DNA of 64,000 nucleotides, from assembly GCF_022045235.1 (NCBI RefSeq), contig NW_027266266.1, forward strand, positions 44,020,001 through 44,084,000, given 5' to 3'. Below are positions 53,265 to 64,000 of this stretch, piece after piece (the first letter of the stretch is position 1; every line of letters begins with the position of its first letter). The position numbers and the translations under genes are program-made. Under the pieces are notes generated by a model that worked only from the letters and a program-made list of their open reading frames with translations, had not been told where the DNA came from and ran no database searches. This DNA comes from Haliotis cracherodii. Taxonomy: Eukaryota.

Positions 53265-56200
53265 GCCTTGAAATAGCGCACAACTGCCTCGTTTGGTGAA
53301 TTAAGAAAGACGTGCAATAATAGACACAAAATATTCATGCATGGAATATATCCTCAGAAGCCATAACACTATTATTTAGGTAAGTATTTATATGATACAC
53401 CTATTTCCTTGGGAGAAAGACACTTTCAAGCGATACTACTATTGCGTAGGTACTATTGACTGCTTGCCTTGAAATAGCATAGAATGGTCTCATTTGGTAG
53501 ATTACGAAAGACGCGCAATAATAGACACAAAATATTCATGCTTGGAATATATATTCCGAAGCCATAAGACTAATATTTCGGTAAGTATTTATATGATACA
53601 CCTATTTCCTTGGGAGAAAGACACTTTCAAGCGATACTACTATTGCGTATGTACTATCGACCACTTGCCTTGCAATAGCATAGAATTGTCGCATTTGGTA
53701 GATTACGAAAGACGCGCAATAATAGACACAAAATATTCATGCTTGTAGTATATGCTCAGAAGCCATGAGACTATTATTTAGGTAAGTATTTATATGATAC
53801 ACCTATTTCCTTGGGAGAAAGACACTTTCAAGCGATACTACTATTGCGTAGGTAATATCGACCGCTTGCCTTAAAATAGCATAGAATTGTCGCATTTAGT
53901 AGATTACGAAAGACGCGCAATAATAGACACAAAATATTCATGCTTGGAGTATATACTCCGAAGCCATAGGACTATTATTTCGGTAAATATTTATATGATA
54001 CACCTATTTCCTTGGGAGAAAGACACTTTCAAGCAATACTATTATTGCGTAGGTAATATCGACCGCTTGCCTTGAAATAGCAAAGAATGGTCTCATTTGG
54101 TAGGTTACGAAAGACGCGCAATAATAGACACAAAATATTCATGCTTGGTATATACACTCCAAAGCCATAACACTATCAGTTCGGTAAGTATTTATTGATA
54201 CACCTATTTCCTTGGGAGAAAGACACTTTCAAGCAATACTATTATTGCCTATGTACTATCGACCACTTGCCTTAAAATAGCATAGAATTGTCGCATTTGG
54301 TAGATTACGAAAGACGCGCAATAATAGACACAAAATATTCATGCTTGGAACATATACTCAGAAGCCATAACACTATCATTTAGGTAAATATTTATATGAT
54401 ACACCTATTTCCTTGGGAGAAAGACACTTTCAAGCGATACTACTATTGCGTAGGTAATATCGACCGCTTGCCTTAAAATAGTCATAGAATGGTCTCATTT
54501 GATAGGTTACGAAAGACGCGCAATAATAGACACAAAATATTCATGCTTGGAATATATAGTCAGAAGCCATAGGACTATTATTTCGGTAAGTATTTATATG
54601 ATACACCTATTTCCTTGGGAGAAAGACACTTTCAAGCAATACTATTATTGCGTAGGTAATATCGACCGCTTGCCTTGAAATAGCAAAGAATGGTCTCATT
54701 TGGTAGATTACGAAAGACGCGCAATAATAGACACAAAATATTCATGCTTGGAATATATACTCCAAAGCCATAAGACTATTATTTCGGTAAGTATTTATTG
54801 ATACACCTATTTCCTTGGGAGAAAGACACTTTCAAGGGATACTACTATTGCGTAGGTACTATTGACTGCTTGCCTTGAAATAGCAAAGAATGGTCTCATT
54901 TGGTAGATTACGAAAGACGCGCAATAATAGACACAAAATATTCATGCTTGGAATATATATTCCGAAGCCATAAGACTAATATTTCGGTAAGTATTTATAT
55001 GATACACCTATTTCCTTGGGAGAAAGACACTTTCAAGCGATACTACTATTGCGTAGCTACTATCGACCGCTTGCCTTAAAATAGCATAGAATTGTCGCAT
55101 TTGATAGGTTACGAAAGACGCGCAATAATAGACACAAAATATTCATGCTTGGAGTATATACTCAGAAGCCATAAGACTATTATTTCATTAAATATTTATA
55201 TGATACACCTATTTCCTTGGGAGAAAGACACTTTCAAGGGATACTACTATTGCATAGGTAATATCGACCGCTTGCCTTAAAATAGCATAGAATTGTCGCA
55301 TTTAGTAGATTACGAAAGACGCGCAATAATAGACACAAAATATTCATGCTTGGAGTATATACTCAGAAGCCATGAGACTATTATTTCGGTAAATATTTAT
55401 ATGATACACCTATTTCCTTGGGAGAAAGACACTTTCAAGCGATACTACTATTGCGTAAGTAATATCGACCGCTTGCCTTAAAATAGCATAGATTTGTCGC
55501 ATTTGGTAGATTACGAAAGACGCGCAATAATAGACACAAAATATTCATGCTTGGAGTATATACTCAGAAGCCATGAGACTATTATTTAGGTAAGTATTTA
55601 TATGATACACCTATTTCCTTGGGAGAAAGACACTTTCAAGCGATACTACTATTGCGTACGTAATATCGACCGCTTGCCTTAAAATAGCATAGAATTGTCG
55701 CATTTGGTAGATTACGAAAGACGCGCAATAATAGACACAAAATATTCATGCTTGGAGTATATACTCAGAAGCCATAAGACTATTATTTCAGTAAATATTT
55801 ATATGATACACCTATTTCCTTGGGAGAAAGACACTTTCAAGTGATACTACTATTGCGTAAGTAATATCGACAGCTTGCCTTAAAATAGCATAGATTTGTC
55901 GCATTTGGTAGATTACGAAAGACGCGCAATAATAGACACAAAATATTCATGCTTGGAGTATATACTCCGAAGCCAGAACACTATTATTTAGGTAAGTATT
56001 TATATGATACACCTATTTCCTTGGGAGAAAGACACTTTCAAGCGATACTACTATTGCGTTGGTAATATCGACCGCTTGCCTTAAAATAGCATAGATTTGT
56101 CGCATTTGGTAGATTACGAAAGACGCGCAATAATAGACACAAAATATTCATGCTTGGAATATATACTCCAAAGCCAGAACACTATTATTTAGGTACGTAT

Positions 56201-56690
56201 TTATGTGATACACCTATTTCCTTGGGAGAAAGACACTTTCAAGCGATACTACTATTGCGTAGGTACTATTGACCGTTTGCCTTAAAATAGCATAGAATTG
56301 TCTCATTTGGTAGATTACGAAAGACGCGCAATAATAGACACAAAATATTCATGCTTGGAATATATACTCAGAAGCCATAAGACTATTATTTCGGTAAGTT
56401 TTTATATGATAAACCTATTTCCTTGGGAGAAAGACGCTTTCAAGCGATACTACTATTGCGTACGTAATATCCACTGCTTGCCTTAAAATAGCATAGATTT
56501 GTGGCATTTGGTAGATTACGAAAGACGCGCAATAATAGACACAAAATATTCATGCTTGGAATATATCCTAAACAGCCATAGGACTAATATTTCAGTAAGT
56601 ATTTATATGATACACCTATTTCCTTGGGAGAAAGACACTTTCAAGCCATACTACTATTGCATAGGTACTTTGAAGGACTTTCCTTGAAAT
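53265..56690 (+). repeat. 201-bp satellite, array 2 (~17 units plus degenerate flanking units from ~53060 and to ~56740)
   Basis: Period 201 (e.g. 53380, 53581, 53782). Unit homologous to array 1. Confidence 0.97.
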
Positions 56691-56945
56691 GGTAGACTTG
56701 TCTCTCTCTTTTAGTGAAGTATAGCAGTAAAATAGACACATAATACCCCTATCGTTTCATCATGCAGGGTTTGTAGTAGTAAACTCATCAATTCAAAACA
56801 TATAATCATATACTCGAAATCTTAGAAGTATATATTTGATAAATAAAAATATTGAATTCTTCTTCTAGCTCGTTATTTCAACATAAGCATAAACACCCTG
56901 TTTGAGGCCTTTGATTACCAACCCATGTGTTCTATCATGGGATTA

Positions 56946-57113
56946 GGGCCAGTGGGGTAACCTTGTGGTTAAAGTGTTTACTGGTCAGGTTGAAGGCTTG
57001 TTTCGAATACCATCATGGGTACAACGTGTGAAGCCCATGTCTGGTGTTTCCCTTAAAATTCATGATATTGCTGCTAAAAGCTGCGTAAAACCGCCCTTTG
57101 TCACTAACTCACT
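56946..57113 (+). mobile_element. Old SINE family 1 copy
   Basis: catgggtacaacgtgtgaagcccat core plus tail. Confidence 0.8.
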
Positions 57114-58311
57114 ATCATTCTATTAGGTGAAGTTATCTCAACTGTGTAAGAGTGACACTGCATTAAGGGGTATCTCTTTTATATATACATGTTAATTATT
57201 CTCAAGCTTAACTTACATTTTCTGTCTTGTGTAACTAAAATTTAAACTTTATACATTAATTTAAATCTATCCCAAAGAAACACTGGATTGTCTGATCCAG
57301 ACGCGATTATTTACAGACCACCGTTATAAAGATCGACTATTGCTGAATGCGGCGTTAAAAAACAAACAAACACGCATATCCCAAAGCCTAATCCAACGTT
57401 TCTGGCATTAATGCTACCAACTCATTTTCATGAATTTGTTACAGACAAATGTACAAATGTTTACCCTCTTCTCCTATTTCACACACAAACTACTGTTGTT
57501 TTTACACTTAAATTCATCGAACTTTCGTATCTTTTGGCTCCGGAGTGAAACACTAAATAAATCACAATGCTTTAAGAATCTCATTTTTCAAGTACATAAT
57601 TATTCGCCATCCAGAGATATTTTACGTCCGTTTCCTAAGATTCACGGAAAGTGTTGAAAATTTTGTCTGATCACAAATAAGATAAAACACCCTCGGATGA
57701 GGATTGTTTCGTGTTTTATCCTTCACATACAGTGTATGTAACGTTCCGAGGGGACACAAGACTCTCGGTACACAGTTTAGAACGTCAAACAACAAATAGT
57801 TGTTTGATTGTTGTTTAGCTGCACTCCAGCTACTGTGACGGGTCTGTAAGTAATCGAGTCTGGTGGGTTGATGGAAACACGTTTGCACAGGAACATTGAT
57901 CTGATACACGTTTGATAGTCAATAGTGGTCCAGGGATTATAATCAGAGAGAATCTAGAATGCAAACCTACGATCATTGTATTCTGGCATGGTGGGTAATG
58001 GGTGCGTTTATAATTTTCACTTTTTTTAAACTGACGGTAATGTATAAACACACCACGTCCAGTGCAACAATACCAGGAATAGGTCTACCCCGAGGGGACG
58101 GAACAGTCACCAGTCTATGATGATAATGAATACTGGCATATTGAAACAATGCTTCAGAATCAAATAAAAATCTATGTCCTTTTGTAAGGTTGTTCTAGTT
58201 GAATCACGTAACATAACTCTCTCACTGTTTTAAACGAAATCCACTGAATACATGCGTACATATATACGTGTGTGTGCGTGCGTTTTTTCCTGCTTAGCGT
58301 AAATACGTTTA

Positions 58312-59960
58312 AGTTCACATTCTGTTGTCTGTTCAATTTCTGACCACGCCCGCCATTACGTCACGTGATGTTGTCTTTAATTTCCCTACATATAATGCAG
58401 AACCCTATTCCATAACAGTTTTGGTAACATAAAACCATTTAGGAAATTATGGTATTAGTGCAAATCCGACAAAGCGAGTTATGAAACACACACCTTTTGA
58501 TTGTAAACATTTCTTAAAACTAACTGGTTTTCACGCCAAGCTGATCAGATCTGACTTGATGCCACTTATAGCGGAAAAGCTTATAAGATGCAAGGACAAA
58601 GGTAATGACGTCATGTGTTTGAGCCCCGACGTCACCAGTTTCAGGCCCTCCGTGAAAGATCGAAATTTACTGTATCGGAGATTCCAACTAGACTGCGTGT
58701 GTCGCAACGTGCATAATTATAAAAAAACAGACTCCAAATCTAATATTCTGTGTCAACCTGACAGGTACAGAGACTAATTAGAATAAACTCGAAATTATTG
58801 TATTTTTCATACTGTGAGTCACTTGTATTCTTCTTGTATACACGCACAGATATCTATTGACACTGTTTTAAAAAGAAAATGTGAAAATGCATGGTGGTGG
58901 AATAATATTAAACTGCATCCCTGCCTCGATCTATCGCATAAAACTGTAAATGAAAAAGAGGAAAAGGAAGATATTGACAAAATTAACATTATTTGTATGT
59001 GTGGGCAAAAGTGCAATCCTAGAATGTCTCACAGTCCCTTAAAATTTCTGCAATGCATAAGAGTTAAATATAGCAAATCTAGATTTGCGACAGGTTCAGG
59101 AATCCCCCATCTCACTGGGACTCCTTTTCAATTTAAATGGCGTTGTTTCCTTCCAAATTATATATTTTCAGAGACTAAACGTTAGTCTAGCACCATCCAA
59201 CACGACCTTGAACTTTCTCAAACAAAATGGCCACCAGGAAGTGATATTAGAAATGACAACGACGATGTTAGCTGTTTATAAGCAAACTGTGATATGTCAT
59301 GGGATGCCTTATCAGCTCGTTGATACATAAGGTAGTATCTTCACTGTTAATACTTTTTACAAATACTGTGCATGTATAGATAAAGTTGTAGACATGGATC
59401 TAGAAAGACTTGCATTCGACTGCACCAACAGGCACTGCGTGCGGTCGAGGCAAGACATGCTCATTGGTGTCAATTGTGAATGAACAGAATTCTTGAATAC
59501 ACAGATGCACCGTAAGTGTATCCAGTGTACATTTGGGTTGTTTTGATAAGTTCTCATAAAAAAAAACCCACAACGACGATGAAACTCGCTTGATCTCTCT
59601 AATAATATAGTAATATTGTCAGCCTAAAGTTTATTAAAAAAGACTCTCTTTCCAAACTACCGTTTGGGTTCAATGGCAAGCATGCAAATGTTTGCCATTA
59701 CCCGTGTGTTTAGACAGTAGCTTTCCTCAGTAAAATTATGTGTAATCTTTAATAACGTCTCCTGAAAATCCACTGGGCACAGCAAGCAGTAACCTTGATG
59801 TGCTATATAATAACACATGTTGACTCAGAGCTGTTCCTGCTTGGAGAATGCACAAAATAATCACTTCATAAAAAAATGGTAAAACATCTGAAAAAATCTT
59901 TCAGACTTTATTTCTCAGAGACCACAGGCCAAAAGACTGCTATTATGTGTAATCTAACAA
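58312..59960 (-). mobile_element. Element 'X', copy 2 (inverted relative to copy 1)
   Basis: Reverse-complement similarity to 34400-35995. Confidence 0.75.
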
Positions 59961-60109
59961 TGTGACTTATGATATAACTTATTTTTATGAATTGATTTTT
60001 ACCTGAATTAAAGTTACTTTTTCAAACCTTCCAAGAAACTACAGTGCTGAGGAAGCTGCAGTGCTATGGGGCTCAAAGCTGTACATGCCAGTTTTGTTTG
60101 TCTCTTTTC

Positions 60110-60345
60110 TGTTTTTGTTTGTTTACCACCACATTCAGCAGTATTTCAGCGATATGACAGCATCTGTAATAATAAGGTCTGGACCAGACAATCCGGTGAT
60201 TGAAATCATGACCATCAACTAACCAATTAGGATGCCAGGACATGCATAAACCGAGTCAGCCAGCCTTGACCACCCAATCCCATCAGTTGCTTCTTACGAC
60301 AGGCCTGGATTGCTGAAGATCAATTGAACCCAGATCTTCACGGGT
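60110..60345 (-). mobile_element. Short retroposon family 2, full length
   Basis: Minus strand begins cccgtgaagatctgggttcaattgatcttcagc. Confidence 0.85.
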
Positions 60346-60929
60346 TGTTCATGCCAGTCAAATGTCTTGTTGGCATATTGAAAATTATAAAAAAAATAAT
60401 TTGAGATAGGGCCCAGCATAGGAAGACGATACCTTAAATCATATAAGTTTTTCATGCCAGTAAAATGTATAAATTACTTTTCTCATAAGAAATGGCAAAA
60501 ATCTTTGTCTGTGTTTAAGATTAACGGAAATCCTTAATGTTATGAACTGTTTTCTTATATGTTGGAATATAAGGTGGTCCTGGGGTCCTCCATGTTTGTT
60601 GCTATAGTATTTGGATTAAGGACCCACCCACCCCTAAAGTTTAAAATTTTCACATGACAAGTACCCTTTGAGTCTCATGGTTAATTCCAAACCTTGTTTT
60701 ACATCTCAGATATGTGGTGATGCATTGGTCTTTAATTATTGTTCCATAAAGTTCCTTTGAATATGATCTCACATCAAACCAACAACTGATACAGTTTTTT
60801 GTTTGTGGTTTAACACCACCCTCGGCAATATTCCAGCTGCATGACCATGACCTGTACATAACAGTCTGGACCATACAATCCAGTGACTGATAATTTGAGC
60901 AACAATCTACTGTGTTGACTACATTAACC

Positions 60930-62375
60930 TCGCCACCAGATTACACTGTTACATACAATGACCTGACCACCATTCCACACTGTTCTATTCAATGACCTGA
61001 CCACCAGGTGAACACTGTTACATACAATGACCTGACCACCAGATAAACACTGTTACATACAATGACCTGACCACCAGATAAACACTGTTACATACAATGA
61101 CCTGACCATCAGATAAACACTGTTACATACAATGACCTGACCACCAGATCAACACTGTCACATACAATGACCTGACCACCAGGTCAACACTGTTACATAC
61201 AATGACCTGACAATCAGGTCAACACTGTTACATACAATGACCTGACCACCAGATCAACACTGTTAGATACAATGACCTGACCACCAGGTCAACACTGTTA
61301 CATACAATGACCTGACCACCAGGTCAACACTGTTACATACAATGACCTGACCACCAGGTCAACACTGTTACATACAATGACCTGACCACCAGGTCAACAC
61401 TGTTACATACAATGACCTGACCACCAGCTCAACATTGTTACATACAATGACCTGACCACCAGATAAACACTGTTACATACAATGACCTGACCACCAGGTC
61501 AACACTCTTAGATACAATGACCTGACAATCAGGTCAACACTGTTACATACGATGACCTGACCACCAGGTCAACACTGTTACATACAATGACCTGACCACC
61601 AGGTCAACACTGTTACATACAATGACCTGACCACCAGGTCAACACTGTTACATACAATGACCTGACCATCAGATAAACACTGTTAGATACAATGACCTGA
61701 CCACCAGGTCAACACTGTTACATACAATGACCTGACCACCAGGTCAACACTGTTAGATACAATGACCTGACAATCAGGTCAACACTGTTACATACAATGA
61801 CCTGATCACCAGATCAACACTGTTAGATACAATGACCTGATCACCAGGTCAACACTGTTACATACAATGACCTGACAATCAGGTCAACACTGTTACATAC
61901 AATGACCTGACCACCAGATCAACACTGTTAGATACAATGACCTGACCACCAGGTCAACACTGTTACATACAATGACCTGACCACCAGGTCAACACTGTTA
62001 CATACAATGACCTGACCATCAGATAAACACTGTTAGATACAATGACCTGACCACCAGGTCAACACTGTTACATACAATGACCTGACCACCAGATAAACAC
62101 TGTTACATACAATGACCTGACCACCAGGTCAACACTCTTAGATACAATGACCTGACAATCAGGTCAACACTGTTACATACAATGACCTGACCACCAGGTC
62201 AACACTGTTAGATACAATGACCTGACCACCAGGCCAACACTGTTACATACAATGACCTGACCACCAGATCGACACTATTACATACAATGACCTGACCACT
62301 GGGTCCACACCGTCACATACAATGACCTGACCACCAGTCAACACTGTTACATACAATGACCTGACAACTGGGTCC
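60930..62375 (+). repeat. 35-bp minisatellite, ~41 copies
   Basis: Unit caatgacctgaccaccaggtcaacactgttacata, period 35. Confidence 0.98.
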
Positions 62376-62429
62376 ACTCTATCACCAGTAGGACCCAGGT
62401 TTTGTTCCTCCTCTGTGTACAATGTATGA

Positions 62430-62714
<285 letters not shown>

Positions 62715-63199
62715 TGAAAGAAAATGGGCAGAGTTGTGTCCCTTGGTTCCAAATCCCCCACTTCCTCCTGTTCCTTGACTTGTTACAAGATTCCCTACCT
62801 CGCCAACCTACAGTCATGTTATACTTTCAATATAAGCCAGGTACTTTTGATATTGATCCTTGAAGATTGGATCTTGGATATTGCCGCAGATTGATATCCT
62901 GAGATTTGTATGTGAGAAATTCAAGGTTTAGGCAACTTGTCTTTCCTTTGAGTGTTTTGTACAGCAATGTGATCAAACATGCATGTTTATTCATTTTATC
63001 ATCGAGAGGTATTTACAACTTTGACAAAGTGTGATAGGATCATATGATAAGTTGCATTATTGATACAGCTGTGATAAAGAATTGATCATCCATATTATCT
63101 TCTGTTAAATTAAGGAAGAGAATTGATGGAAGTTCTTTATCATGAGGAACACAACGTTTCGGAGTATATGATTTCGGACGTGATTCGTTGTGCAGAGTT

Positions 63200-63424
63200 G
63201 CGTCCCTTGGGCACGCCAGAAACCTATGATTTTGGGTTCGAATCCCGGTTCACCCCGGTTATGTTTCTAGGTTTGTCAGCACCATACCCGTGCTCGTGGG
63301 TTTCACCGAAGTGGTAAACGTCTGATACCTGCTTCACTTCGGGCTTTCCTCCCACCTTTAGCTGACACGCTTTGATATAACTGGAATACTGTTAAAAGCG
63401 GCGTTAAACCCAACTCACTCACTC
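63200..63424 (+). mobile_element. tRNA-derived SINE family 4 (V-domain-like), intronic
   Basis: B box ggttcgaatcc, gggctttcctcccac, tail aaaagcggcgttaaaccc+(actc)n. Confidence 0.7.
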
Positions 63425-63564
63425 CTTCATCAGGTGAATGAATGTAATATTGTAATATTATAAGTTCTGTCACATTAATATCATGTAATCAAATCCATCA
63501 CGTTGTGTAATTTGAAGTCAGAGTCAGTGCAGCTTTTCAAACATGACATTTTCTTTGTGGCCAG

Positions 63565-63641
63565 GTAAAAGTAACTTTGTGAGTGCAGTTGGAGAGAGTG
63601 TGAAGGCCCTGGTGAAGAACATCCTGTCCGGGACAATGAAG
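63565..63641 (+). CDS. HEATR6: HEATR6 next internal exon (77 nt)
   Basis: Acceptor ttttctttgtggccAG and donor GTagtt at 63642. Joins the previous exon in frame to give ..SLGKSNFVSAVGESVKALVKNILSGTMK, which in HEATR6 precedes VRWNACYA. Confidence 0.85.
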
Positions 63642-63691
63642 GTAGTTACCCAGCAGATGTAGACAGGACGGCACCCTCCTCAGGGCAGGAC

Positions 63692-63995
63692 ACCACCTCC
63701 ATGGTCTAGTGGTAGAGGGGAAGGCCCAGGGTTCGATCCCTGGCCATGTCATATCAAACGATGTTAAAAGATGGAACTTGTTGTTACCCTGTCTGGTGCT
63801 TGTCATTAAGGGGCTGAAACAAGGACAGGTTGACTCGGAGTCAGTATACTGTGTCTGAGGGGGTATTCATGTTACACTGCGACATGGTATCTCAGTGTGC
63901 TAGCACTATGAAGTCTTCATTAGTCTGACTAGTACATGCAGCCACACACACACACAAGTGTATGCATGTCTCTATATAAGTTCAATAATCTTAAT
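63692..63995 (+). mobile_element. SINE family 3 (MetaSINE-like), intronic
   Basis: tggtctagtgg A box, ggttcgatcc B box, Meta-like central domain. Confidence 0.8.
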
Positions 63996-64000
63996 AATCA

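Noticed and set aside
53494-56687. Repeated 62-aa ORFs as a tandem gene family, or the array as CRISPR-like
   Set aside because: Starts are mostly TTG, units have sporadic indels, and there are no unique spacers or cas genes. Eukaryotic satellite.
60700-60745. cag|ATATGTGGTGATGCATTGGTCTTTAAT (CGDALVFN) as the missing HEATR6 exon
   Set aside because: No AWSL.NL upstream in frame and no GT donor at the required phase.

Overview
AT-rich animal genomic DNA, not prokaryotic. It is most likely a mollusc (gastropod/abalone-like), judged from the SINE repertoire; that assignment is inference. The only recognisable host gene is HEATR6: two internal + strand exons at 62522-62682 and 63565-63641. Everything upstream is repeat-dominated and may be one very long intron, with an N gap at 8999-9137. 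Retroelements: a tail-to-tail pair of decayed I-group (RNase H-bearing) LINEs at 42.2-51.5 kb with a nested Tx1/L1-type insert, other LINE remnants, a Gypsy gag remnant, and four short retroposon families sharing a LINE-type 3' tail. DNA transposons: piggyBac and hAT remnants, MITEs, Helentron-like elements. Tandem repeats: many minisatellites plus two separate arrays of one 201-bp satellite family. Most interesting signals: (1) the LINE 5' end is the reverse complement of the family's 3' UTR, suggesting a terminal RNA panhandle; (2) an abundant non-tRNA short retroposon has a 5' head that can fold as a pseudoknot plus hairpin (ribozyme candidate); (3) the two 201-bp arrays are about 70% identical without indels, and one carries repeated TTTAG|GTAAGT recursive-splice-like sites; (4) two minisatellites are built from ETS or nuclear-receptor motifs. 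All calls were made by eye, no database search was run, and coordinates of decayed elements are approximate.
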